NCBI GenBank assembly: GCA_020850715.1
Contig: JADZED010000050.1
Location: forward strand, 11,476 to 75,475
DNA: 64,000 nt
Source: Acidobacteriota bacterium
Lineage (GTDB): Bacteria; Acidobacteriota; Vicinamibacteria; Vicinamibacterales; CAVVIG01
Reading direction: 5' to 3'
Both the position numbers and the translations under genes were made by a program. The notes under the pieces are model-generated. The model was not told where the DNA came from. It was given only the letters and a program-made list of their open reading frames with translations, and made no database searches. Positions 40,720 to 49,278 of the stretch are shown piece by piece (within the stretch, counting starts at the first letter, position 1; each line of letters opens with the position of its first letter).

Positions 40720-43097
40720 GCGCCTGGACGCGTGAAGAGCGTGGGAGCGAGCGCCCGGTTCAGCGTGAAGCCGGTGACGCGGCGCTCGAGCATCTGCCGG
40801 CCGCCCTGCCGGACCACTGCCGTGAAGGCCACCTGCACGCCGTCGACGGCACGGTAATCGGACGACAGTTCTTCAATCAGCGGCCGGCCAGCTCCGCCGG
40901 CGACGTAGGTCTGCCTGGCGATGAGGCCGGTGGCCGGGTCGACGAGGAAGACGAACGGATCGACGCCGCGGCCCGACAGCTCCAGCGCCTGCCGCAGGGC
41001 GCCGGTGTCGTCCTTCACGTCGGGCAGCCGCCGCGGGTGCAGGCGGCCGTCGTGCGCGGCCAGCAGCGCCGAGATCGCGTCGCGCGCGAAGGTCGCGCGG
41101 ATGGCCTCGAGTCCCTCCTCGGGAATCGGGAAGACGCCTCGCGCGTCACGCACCCATCCGCCGCGTCCATCGAAGACCTGCACCTGCGCACCGGCGGGCA
41201 TCTGCGTCTCGACGCGCATGCGATCCGGGTACTCCAGGTAGGTGCGGGTCTCGACCTCGATCGGGCCATCGGGCGTCGCAACCGTCGCGGTCGTCTCGGC
41301 CGAAATCGTTCGAATCGCGCGAAGTCGATCGAGGCCGCCTTTCGCGGCAATCATGCGATCGAGGAGCGCGCCGGCGCTCTCGTCTTCTTCCGGCGAGATC
41401 GACGACGGCGCCTGCGGGCGTCCGGCCGGCAGGGAGGCCCGCACCGCGGCGGCGGGCCGGCCCTCAACGACGGTGCGGACGGCGACGGCCGGGCGGATCG
41501 CCGGCGGCCGCGCGGACGAGTCGGGCCGGAAGGCCGGCGCGGCGCCCCCGGCCCGGACCGCGGGTGCCGGCGGGTCGGCGCGGATCTCGCGCGGGCGCGG
41601 CACGGGCGCGGCGCGGCCGAAACGTGCGGCCGGCGACGGCCGGCGGAGATCGGCCGCCGTCAGATCGAGCGTCTCGATCGGAATCACCTCGAACTGCGGC
41701 AGACCGACGCCGGCGAGCTGGGACGTGAACGCCGCCGCGTTGCCGACGAGCACGATCGACAGCCGGTCGGGCTTGTAGTACTCACGGGCGGCCCGCTGGA
41801 TGTCGTCGACGGTGACCGCATCGACGCGCTCGCGGAAATTCTGCAGCTCGTCGAGGGGCAACCCGTAGAACAGCAGGTTCAACACCTGCATCGCAATCGC
41901 ATCCGGCGTCTCGATGGTGAGCGGGAAGCTGCCGGTGATGTAGGCCTGCGCGTTCTCGAGCTCGCGCCCGCTGACGCGCTCGCGCTGCATCTTCCACATC
42001 TCGTCGATCATGAGCCGCACGACTTCGCCGGTGGCCTCGGATCGGGTGTTGGTCTCGGCGACGATGTCGCCGGCATCCTTGAGCGTGTCCATGTCGGCCT
42101 GCGCGCCGTAGGTCAGGCCGCGGTCGGTCCGCAGCACCTGGTGCAGCCGGTTGCTCCCCTCGCCGCCGAGGATGCGCGTGGCCAGGTTCAGCGCCATGTA
42201 ATCGGGGTGCTTGCGCGCGATGCCGAGGTGCCCGATGCGCACTTCGGTCTGCACCGCGTCGGGCTTGTCGATCACGACCAGGCGCCGCGTGGGCTCCGGC
42301 GGCGGGGTGAAGGTCTGCGGCGGCAGCGCGCGCGGCGCCCAGTCGCCGAAGACCTCCTGCGCGGAGGCAAACGCCTCCTCCGCGGTGAGGTCGCCGACGA
42401 TCGCGAGAATCGCATTGTTCGGCACGAAGAAACGGGCGTGGAACGCGGCCAGATCCCCGCGCGTCAGGCCGGCGATCGACTCCGAGGTGCCGTTGCCCGG
42501 CAGACCGTAGGGATGGAATCCGTAGACGAGCCGGTCGAACACGGCGTCGGCGATGTACCCCGGGTCCTGGCTGCTCACCTGGATCGCCGAGAGCGCCTGC
42601 TGCTTCTGGCGTTCGATCTCCTCGTCGGCGAACGCGGGGTCGCGCGCGACTTCCGACAGCAGCGCCATGCCGGTCTGGAAGCTGTCCTTCATCACGACCA
42701 TGTTGACGAAGCTCAGATCGGTGCCGGCGCCCGCGCCGAGACCGCCGCCGATGAAATCGATGGCGTCGGCGATGTCCGAGGCGCTCCGGGTCGAGGTGCC
42801 CTGGTCGAGCACCGCGGCGCACAGGGTCGCGAGCCCGAGCTTGCCGGCCGGATCGGCGGCCGAGCCCGCCCGGATGAGCAGCCGCATGCTCACCGACGGC
42901 TGTTCGTGATGCAGCACGACCATCACCTGCAGGCCGTTGGGCAGCGTACGCAGCTGGTAGGGCGGAAAGGCGGCGCTGTGCGCCGGCAGCGGCCGCGGCG
43001 GCAGCTCCGTGGGCCAGCGTTCCTGCGCACCGGCGGCGGCGCACAGAGACAGGCCGATCAACAGGGCGATCGGAGCCGCAGCGCGCGGCCGCGTCAC
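40716..43097 (-). CDS. M16-family peptidase-like subunit (no HxxEH) with long C-terminal linker and LolA-like domain
   Basis: 793 aa from GTG 43097 (GTGA overlap). Signal peptide VTRPRAAAPIALLIGLSLCAAAGA. GLATLCAAVL stands in place of the zinc motif. The C-terminal roughly 320 aa form a Pro/Ala/Arg-rich linker plus a beta-rich domain (..LLDRMIAAKGGLDRLRAIRTISAET..). Confidence 0.8.
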   Translation of the reverse strand: MTRPRAAAPIALLIGLSLCAAAGAQERWPTELPPRPLPAHSAAFPPYQLRTLPNGLQVMVVLHHEQPSVSMRLLIRAGSAADPAGKLGLATLCAAVLDQGTSTRSASDIADAIDFIGGGLGAGAGTDLSFVNMVVMKDSFQTGMALLSEVARDPAFADEEIERQKQQALSAIQVSSQDPGYIADAVFDRLVYGFHPYGLPGNGTSESIAGLTRGDLAAFHARFFVPNNAILAIVGDLTAEEAFASAQEVFGDWAPRALPPQTFTPPPEPTRRLVVIDKPDAVQTEVRIGHLGIARKHPDYMALNLATRILGGEGSNRLHQVLRTDRGLTYGAQADMDTLKDAGDIVAETNTRSEATGEVVRLMIDEMWKMQRERVSGRELENAQAYITGSFPLTIETPDAIAMQVLNLLFYGLPLDELQNFRERVDAVTVDDIQRAAREYYKPDRLSIVLVGNAAAFTSQLAGVGLPQFEVIPIETLDLTAADLRRPSPAARFGRAAPVPRPREIRADPPAPAVRAGGAAPAFRPDSSARPPAIRPAVAVRTVVEGRPAAAVRASLPAGRPQAPSSISPEEDESAGALLDRMIAAKGGLDRLRAIRTISAETTATVATPDGPIEVETRTYLEYPDRMRVETQMPAGAQVQVFDGRGGWVRDARGVFPIPEEGLEAIRATFARDAISALLAAHDGRLHPRRLPDVKDDTGALRQALELSGRGVDPFVFLVDPATGLIARQTYVAGGAGRPLIEELSSDYRAVDGVQVAFTAVVRQGGRQMLERRVTGFTLNRALAPTLFTRPGA

Positions 43098-44464
43098 TGG
43101 CGCCCCTGCGATGCCGCGGCGCCGGCCGACGGGAGGATCGTGAGCACCGTACGGTTCTCGGGCCGGAAGTAGGTGCGGGCAACCCGCTGCACCTGGTCGG
43201 CGGTCATGTTCTGGAAGATGTCGAACTCGCCGTCGGCGGTCGTGATGTCGTCGTGGATCACGGCCGCGTGCGACAGGTGCAGCGCCTTCTGCTGGATCGA
43301 CTCGCGGCTGAGGATGTAGTCGCGGGCGAACTGGTTCTTGGCGCGCTGCAGCTCGCGCGCGCTGATCGGCGCCGCGCGCAGCCTGTCGAACTCCGCGATC
43401 AGCGCTTCGGCGACCGCCTCCGGCTTCCGGCCCGGCGCGACGACGGCCACAGCGTAGAAGAGGTTGGGATCCTCGATGAGGTTCGCTTCGCCGTAGGCGG
43501 CCACCGCGAGCCGGTCCTCGTAGACCAGCGCCCGGTAGATCCGCGAGCTCTGGCCGTCGGACAGCACCTTCGACGCGATGTGCAGCGGATAGGAGTCGGG
43601 GTCCCCGTCGTGGGTGATGTGATAGGCGACCACGACCGCGGGCAGCGGCCACGCTTCGTACAGGGTGGCGCGCTTCTCCCTGGCCTGCGGCGGCTCCGCC
43701 GGAATGTCGCGCGGCACCGCGCGATCCGCCTTCGGCACCCGTCCCAGATACCTCTCGATCAGCCGCGTCGCCTCCGCGCGGTCGAAGTCGCCCACCAGCG
43801 TCAGCGTGGCGTTCGACGGCACGTAGAACGTGCGATAGAAGTCGCGCACGTCGTCCACCGACGCCGCGTCGAGGTCCGCCATGCTGCCAATCGTCTGGTG
43901 CTTGTAGGGGTGCGTGGTGAACGTCTGGTCGTAGATGATCTCGTTGAGCCGGCCGAACGGCTGGTTGTCGACGCGCATCCGGCGCTCTTCCTTGACGACC
44001 TCCCGCTCGGTGGCGAAGGTCTCGGCGTCGATCCGCAGCGTCGCCATGCGGTCGGCCTCGAGCCACAGGACCAGCGGCAGATACTGCGCCGGCACCGTCT
44101 CCCAGAACACCGTCTCGTCGTCGGTCGTGAAGGCGTTGCTCTGGCCGCCGACCGACGAGATGAACGAGGTGTGCGCCTCGGGATCGACGTTCTGCGATCC
44201 CTTGAACATCAGGTGCTCGAACAGATGGGCGAAGCCGGTCCGGCCTGGACGCTCGTTCTTGGATCCGACGTGGTAGTAGAGCTGCAGATGGACGATCGGC
44301 GTCGAGTGATCCTCGAGCAGGATCACGGTGAGGCCGTTTGGCAGCCTGCTGATTTCGTACGCGAGCTTCGGCGGCCGGGTGGCCGCCGACAGCGGAAGGA
44401 CCGCCGCCACGGCGAGCGCCGCGGCGACAGCCGCCGACGCGATCGCGCGCTGGGGATGCGTCAT
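43094..44464 (-). CDS. M16-family zinc peptidase (active subunit, HxxEH)
   Basis: 456 aa from ATG 44464. Signal peptide. GFAHLFEHLMFKG inverted zincin motif. ..EREVVKEERR... Confidence 0.85.
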   Translation of the reverse strand: MTHPQRAIASAAVAAALAVAAVLPLSAATRPPKLAYEISRLPNGLTVILLEDHSTPIVHLQLYYHVGSKNERPGRTGFAHLFEHLMFKGSQNVDPEAHTSFISSVGGQSNAFTTDDETVFWETVPAQYLPLVLWLEADRMATLRIDAETFATEREVVKEERRMRVDNQPFGRLNEIIYDQTFTTHPYKHQTIGSMADLDAASVDDVRDFYRTFYVPSNATLTLVGDFDRAEATRLIERYLGRVPKADRAVPRDIPAEPPQAREKRATLYEAWPLPAVVVAYHITHDGDPDSYPLHIASKVLSDGQSSRIYRALVYEDRLAVAAYGEANLIEDPNLFYAVAVVAPGRKPEAVAEALIAEFDRLRAAPISARELQRAKNQFARDYILSRESIQQKALHLSHAAVIHDDITTADGEFDIFQNMTADQVQRVARTYFRPENRTVLTILPSAGAAASQGRQ

Positions 44465-44470
44465 GGATCG

Positions 44471-44476
44471 ATTATC
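44471..44476 (-). promoter_or_regulatory. -10-like hexamer GATAAT, 6 nt upstream of the M16 ATG (possible internal leaderless promoter)
   Basis: Minus strand reads acggGATAATcgatccATG, within the only A/T-rich gap of the operon. Confidence 0.35.
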
Positions 44477-44508
44477 CCGTAAACGAACGAATCGCGGGCT
44501 GCCGGTGT

Positions 44509-45303
44509 CTAACGACTGAGGAAACGGAAGCCGGCGATCGCCCAGGTCCCCGGCGTTCGCCCGATCGCGTCGGCATCCACGCGCCGCTCGACGCCCGCAA
44601 AGAGCTCCACTGCGCCGCCGGCGCCGCGCACGTGCACGCCCCCTTCGACCGACCCGCCCGACTGCCGTCCGCGCCCGTAGAGGCTCCGGTCGGTGCCGAA
44701 CGTCTCGCCCGATGCGCGTGCGAACGCGCCCACGCGGGCGCCGATCGGGCGCCGGAGCAGCAGATCGGCGTTGGCCGTCCAGGTATAGTCCACGAAGGAA
44801 TGCTGCACGAACCGGCCGGCGCCCACCGCGAGATCCGCCGTCGCGCCGCCGACCGCGAGGCGCCGCATGGCCCGGGCGCCGAGCACGTTCCAGTCGAGCG
44901 CGAAGGTCTTGGCGCGATCGCCCAGATGGCGCGACACGTGATGAAATACGAGGGCCAGCTCGGCCGCCGGCGTGCGCAGCGACAGCGACGGCTCGAGCGT
45001 GTAGTTGCCCTGATTCGGGTCGATCGCGCGGAGCTCGCTGCCGATAACCGCGTTGTAGTCGACCAGCAGCACCAGCCGGCCGGCGCGGTAGTCGACGACG
45101 TCGAGATCGCCGCCAAAATGCGTGTCCCAGCCGAACCGCCGGTCGCCGGTGGCAAGCTTGGTCGCAAACAGGTGGAAGCTCGTCCGTGTGAACAAGTCGG
45201 GCGCCGCCGGCGTCGGCGCCCAGCCCGGCGGGCGCGCGTACTGCGCGGACGCACCCGCGGAGAAGGCGAACACCAGCCACGCGGCCAGCGCCGCGCGCCT
45301 CAT
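44509..45303 (-). CDS. Putative outer-membrane beta-barrel protein, uncharacterised
   Basis: 264 aa from ATG 45303 (ATGA overlap with the lpxD stop). Signal peptide MRRAALAAWLVFAFSAGASA. Alternating hydrophobic beta pattern. Ends ..IAGFRFLSR. Confidence 0.6.
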   Translation of the reverse strand: MRRAALAAWLVFAFSAGASAQYARPPGWAPTPAAPDLFTRTSFHLFATKLATGDRRFGWDTHFGGDLDVVDYRAGRLVLLVDYNAVIGSELRAIDPNQGNYTLEPSLSLRTPAAELALVFHHVSRHLGDRAKTFALDWNVLGARAMRRLAVGGATADLAVGAGRFVQHSFVDYTWTANADLLLRRPIGARVGAFARASGETFGTDRSLYGRGRQSGGSVEGGVHVRGAGGAVELFAGVERRVDADAIGRTPGTWAIAGFRFLSR

Positions 45304-46361
45304 CGTCGATCCCTCAGCATCCGGCACGTGGCCAGCTTCTCCTCCATCTCGGCGATGCGCTGCTCCATCTCCGCGATTCGCCGCTTCATCTCAGGCAGGC
45401 GGCGCACCAGAACCTGCGCCTTGCGCCATTCGACGTTCGGCAGCGACGGGTAACCCGACACGAGCATGCCGGCGTCCACGTGGCCGGTGATGCCGGTCTT
45501 CGCGCTCGCCATCGCCCCCTTGCCGACGCGCACGTGGCCGGTGACGCCGACCTGGCCGCCCAGCATCACCTCCTCCTCGACGATCGTGCTGCCGGCGATG
45601 CCGACCTGCGCCGCCAGCAGCGAGCGGGCACCGATGCGGACGCCGTGCGCGATCTGCACGAGGTTGTCGATCTTCGCGCCCGCCTGAATCCGCGTCTCGC
45701 CGACCGCCGGCCGATCGATCGTGGTGTTGGCGCCGATCTCCACGTCGTCCTCGACGACGACGGCCGCGCGCTGCGGGATCTTCACATGGGCACCGTCGGG
45801 CCGTCTGGCGAAGCCGAAGCCGTCGCTGCCGATCACCGCGCCGTCCAGGACGACGACGCGGTTGCCGATCGTGACGCGTTCGCGCACCGAGACATGGGCG
45901 TGGAACACGCAGTCGTCGCCGATCTGCGCGCCCGGTCCGACGACCACGCCGGGATAGAAGACCGCACGCGCGCCGACCACGGCTCCCGCGCCGACCACGA
46001 CGAAGGGGCCGATCGCCGCCTCCGGACCAATCCGCGCGTCCGGCGCAATCGAGCTCAGACCGTCGATGCCGGGCGCAGGCGGCGCCGGCGCCTCGAGGAG
46101 CTGCAGGGCGCCGGCAAAGGCGAGATAGGGATGGTCGCAACGCAGCACCGCAAAGGCGGGCGCACCCCCGAGCGATTCGCGGGGATCGAGAATCACGGCC
46201 GAGGCGCGGGTGGTCGAGAGCAGGCCGCGATACCTGGGATTGGCGAGAAACGAGACATCGCCGGCGGACGCCTGTTCGAGCCCGGCCACGCGGAGGATAT
46301 CGAGGTCGCCGTCTCCCTCGAGACGGCATTGGAGGCGCTCGGCCAGGGCTCGCAGCTTCAA
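45300..46361 (-). CDS. lpxD: UDP-3-O-acylglucosamine N-acyltransferase
   Basis: 353 aa. N-terminal uridine-binding domain (..DVSFLANPRY..), hexapeptide LbH repeats and a C-terminal helix. Confidence 0.95.
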   Translation of the reverse strand: MKLRALAERLQCRLEGDGDLDILRVAGLEQASAGDVSFLANPRYRGLLSTTRASAVILDPRESLGGAPAFAVLRCDHPYLAFAGALQLLEAPAPPAPGIDGLSSIAPDARIGPEAAIGPFVVVGAGAVVGARAVFYPGVVVGPGAQIGDDCVFHAHVSVRERVTIGNRVVVLDGAVIGSDGFGFARRPDGAHVKIPQRAAVVVEDDVEIGANTTIDRPAVGETRIQAGAKIDNLVQIAHGVRIGARSLLAAQVGIAGSTIVEEEVMLGGQVGVTGHVRVGKGAMASAKTGITGHVDAGMLVSGYPSLPNVEWRKAQVLVRRLPEMKRRIAEMEQRIAEMEEKLATCRMLRDRR

Positions 46362-46372
46362 CGCGCCCTATT

Positions 46373-47272
46373 CTACTGCCTCGCCGAGGGTCCGCTCGCA
46401 CCGAGCGGCCGCGGCGCCGGCGGCATCGCCGGCCGGCCGGCCTGCTCCCAGGCGCCAACGATGAGCGCCGCGGTGGCTGCCGCGGCTTCACCGAGGCGGC
46501 GCGCCAGCAGCGGCTCGATCGCGGCAAAGAAGCGCTCGAAATAGGGGTCGTCGTAACGCCGCGCCGGCGCCCGGGCCGCCTTGTCGGCCGCCAGGATGCC
46601 GCCGACGAGCCGGTGACTCGCCAGGAGCACGTCGAAGGTCGCATCCCGCGGACTGCCGATCGGCGCCGCGGGGACCGGAGCGATCGTCAGTCGCGGGGCG
46701 AATCGCTCGATCAGCTCGGATTCGAACCGGGCGTGCAGGCCCGATTGACCGCTCAACTGCCCGTCGTAGTTGTTCGTCGCGTGCAGCGGCTGGTAGGCGT
46801 CCTGCAGGTAGTGCGCCGAGGCCGCGGCAAACAGCACGATGTCGCTTGCGGCGTACGGGCGATGGCGCTGCGCCGCCTCGAACGCGCGGCGCAGATGGCC
46901 GAACATCTCCGCCTCGCGCCACGGCACGGTTCCGATCCGTTCCAGGCCGCCCGGGCCGAACTTCTCGAGCGCGGCGCCATATTCGCGCGGCAGCGCCAGG
47001 AACGGGTCGGGCCCCAGTTCCGCCAGCCCCAGGTTGAGGAAGTGATTCGCATCGTCGTTCCAGCCGGCCGTCCGCCACAAATCGGGATCGACCACGCGGA
47101 CGATCAACTCGTCGCGGGCGGCCTCGAAGAACGGCTCGAGCGGCGGCGGCAGCAGATCGATGGCGCGCGCCATGATCAGGCGGTGGCCGAGACTGCCCCA
47201 GGCCAACGCCGGGCGCGGCGCGGCCGCGCACAGCAGCATGCAGCCGACGCCGGCGAGGATCGTCTTCCGCAT
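46373..47272 (-). CDS. Secreted S1/P1-nuclease / zinc phospholipase C superfamily protein
   Basis: 299 aa. Signal peptide, then mature N-terminus WGSLGHRLIMARAIDLL. Has ..AHYLQDAYQPLHAT.. and ..GLHARFESELI... Confidence 0.65.
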   Translation of the reverse strand: MRKTILAGVGCMLLCAAAPRPALAWGSLGHRLIMARAIDLLPPPLEPFFEAARDELIVRVVDPDLWRTAGWNDDANHFLNLGLAELGPDPFLALPREYGAALEKFGPGGLERIGTVPWREAEMFGHLRRAFEAAQRHRPYAASDIVLFAAASAHYLQDAYQPLHATNNYDGQLSGQSGLHARFESELIERFAPRLTIAPVPAAPIGSPRDATFDVLLASHRLVGGILAADKAARAPARRYDDPYFERFFAAIEPLLARRLGEAAAATAALIVGAWEQAGRPAMPPAPRPLGASGPSARQ

Positions 47273-47277
47273 GCTGC

Positions 47278-47284
47278 TATATTA
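47278..47284. promoter_or_regulatory. Palindromic A/T core TATATTA serving both divergent genes (TAATAT 6 nt before the ATG at 47272 on the minus strand; TATATT on the plus strand)
   Basis: catgctgcTATATTAgcggc. The rest of the 39-nt spacer is G/C-rich. Confidence 0.45.
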
Positions 47285-47311
47285 GCGGCAGGTCTGCTGT
47301 CCGTACCGTCC

Positions 47312-48403
47312 TTGGATAACATCACCCACAGCCTGTTCGCCCTGACGCTCGGACGCACGCGCCTCGGCCAGGCCGGGCGCGGCTCCACGGCGGCGCTCCT
47401 CATCGCCTCGAACATCCCCGACATCGACGCCGTCGCCCTGCTGCGCGGCGGCGCGTCGTACGTCGAATGGCATCGAGGCCCGACCCACGGCGCGCTCAGC
47501 GTCGTCGCGCTCGGACTGCCGGCGGCCGGCCTTGCGTGGCTCTGGACGCGCGGACAGGCACGGTACGCGCGGCGGCCGCTCGAGCCTGCGGCCACGCTGC
47601 CGGCGCTCGCGGCCGTCTCCATGATCGGCGTGCTGTTCCACCTGCTGATGGACTTCCCGACCGCGTATGGCACGCGTCTGCTGAGCCCCTTCGACTGGCA
47701 CTGGTACTCGGTCGATTGGATGCCAATCATCGACATCTATCTGCTGGCCGCGCTGCTGTTCGGGCTGGTGCTGGCCGGCCGACACCCCGAGACGCGACGC
47801 CGGGGCGCGATGGCTGCACTGATCTTCATGACGGGCAACTACGTCGTCCGCGCCGCCGCGCACCATGAGGCGCTGGCGCTGGCGCCGAACCTGCTCGGCG
47901 CGCTGCCGGAGCGGTGCGACGCGCGGCAGCCGGCAGGGATGGCGCCCGAACACTGGCCGCTCGCGGCCGCCGCGCCGGTCGAGGGACGCGAGCCGCCCTG
48001 CCTGGTCGAGATCGCGGCGATCCCGACGTTTCTCACGCCGACGACCTGGCGGATGATCACGCGCCTGTCGAGCGGCTACGAGGTGCGAGATCTCGATCTG
48101 CTCGACGCGCTTCCAGGGAGCGCGCCGGCCCGCCGCGTCCGGCTCTTCTTTCCGAACGAATGGACGCCACCGGTCCGCATGGCGGCGGAGACGCCGCTCG
48201 GGCAGCTGTTCCTCGGCTTCTCGCGCTTCCCCGCTGCGCGCGCGTCGGTCGACGACTCGGGGGCGGCGACCGTCCGCATGAGCGACATGCGGTTTGTCGG
48301 CGGCCCGCTGCGCCTCGAGCGGCGTCCCGAGCGCGAGCCGTTCTCGGCGCTCATTCGCTTCGACGCCGCCGGGCGGGTCGTCGAACAGCGATTCGACCCC
48401 TGA
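47312..48403 (+). CDS. Membrane-bound metal-dependent hydrolase (YdjM/DUF457-like) with C-terminal extra domain
   Basis: 363 aa if TTG 47312 is the start (MDNITHSLFALTLG..). Has ..SNIPDIDAV..WHRGPTHG... Start codon uncertain. Confidence 0.65.
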   Translation: MDNITHSLFALTLGRTRLGQAGRGSTAALLIASNIPDIDAVALLRGGASYVEWHRGPTHGALSVVALGLPAAGLAWLWTRGQARYARRPLEPAATLPALAAVSMIGVLFHLLMDFPTAYGTRLLSPFDWHWYSVDWMPIIDIYLLAALLFGLVLAGRHPETRRRGAMAALIFMTGNYVVRAAAHHEALALAPNLLGALPERCDARQPAGMAPEHWPLAAAAPVEGREPPCLVEIAAIPTFLTPTTWRMITRLSSGYEVRDLDLLDALPGSAPARRVRLFFPNEWTPPVRMAAETPLGQLFLGFSRFPAARASVDDSGAATVRMSDMRFVGGPLRLERRPEREPFSALIRFDAAGRVVEQRFDP

Positions 48404-49278
48404 TGCCGAGGCTCGGCGCGCACATGTCGGTGGCCGGCGGCCTTCCCCGGGCCGTCGAGCGGGCGGTCGTGCACCGCTGCGAGGCGCTGCAGATCTTCGC
48501 GAAGAATGCGAGCCAGTGGCGCGGCCGCGAGCTGCCGCCCGCGGAGATCCGCGAGTTTCGCCGGCGGGTCGCCGCCTCGGGCATCCAGCCTGTCGTCTCG
48601 CACGCGAGTTATCTGATCAATCTCGCCACGCCGGTCCGGCCGCTGCGCCGCCAGTCGATCGAGGCGATGGCCGACGAGATCGGGCGCGCGGAAGCGCTCG
48701 GATTGCTCGGCGTCGTGCTGCACCCCGGCTGTTACACGATCGGCAGCCCGGACGAAGCGCTCGGCCTGATCGCGGAGGCGCTGCTCGAGCTCCTGAAGGC
48801 GACGCGGCGGGGCCGGGCGATGATCCTGCTCGAGCACACGGCCGGACAAGGCACGGCGCTGGGATCCACGTTCGAGCAGCTCGCCTCAATCCTCGCGCGG
48901 ACCGATGGCCATCGCCGCATTGGCGTCTGCCTGGATACGTGCCACCTGCTCGCCTCGGGATACGACCTCGTCTCAGCCGAGGGCTACGCTGCGACCTTCG
49001 CCGGCTTCGAGCGGCTGATCGGGCTCGAGCGGCTGAAGGCCTTCCACCTGAACGACTCGAGGACGCCGCTCGGCAGCCGTGTCGATCGGCACACACACAT
49101 CGGCGCGGGGCATCTGGGGCTCGCGCCATTCCGGCGTCTGGTCAACGATCGGCGGTTTCGCGATCTGCCGATGCTGCTCGAGACGCCGAAGACGGAAGGC
49201 AACGCGCGCGGCGCCGTTGCGGTCGATCCGCTGGACGAGAAGAACCTCGACACGCTGCGTTCGCTGGTCGAACCGTAG
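48403..49278 (+). CDS. nfo: Endonuclease IV (AP endonuclease family 2)
   Basis: 291 aa. The ATG shares one nt with the upstream TGA (TGATG). Has HASYLINLA, LEHTAGQG, CLDTCHL and HLNDS. Confidence 0.9.
   Translation: MPRLGAHMSVAGGLPRAVERAVVHRCEALQIFAKNASQWRGRELPPAEIREFRRRVAASGIQPVVSHASYLINLATPVRPLRRQSIEAMADEIGRAEALGLLGVVLHPGCYTIGSPDEALGLIAEALLELLKATRRGRAMILLEHTAGQGTALGSTFEQLASILARTDGHRRIGVCLDTCHLLASGYDLVSAEGYAATFAGFERLIGLERLKAFHLNDSRTPLGSRVDRHTHIGAGHLGLAPFRRLVNDRRFRDLPMLLETPKTEGNARGAVAVDPLDEKNLDTLRSLVEP

Noticed and set aside
45300-45440. C-terminal coiled-coil tail of LpxD (..EWRKAQVLVRRLPEMKRRIAEMEQRIAEMEEKL..) as a possible novel fusion.
   Set aside because: A C-terminal helical extension that forms the trimer coiled coil is a normal part of LpxD. 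It is only slightly longer here.
47290-47311. Possible LexA/SOS box in front of the ydjM-like/nfo pair (ctGTCCgtaccGTCCttg).
   Set aside because: GTCC-N5-GTCC matches none of the LexA consensus sequences I know: CTGT-N8-ACAG, GAAC-N4-GTTC, or GTTC-N7-GTTC (reported for alpha-proteobacteria and Acidobacterium). The repeat is too short to rule out chance.
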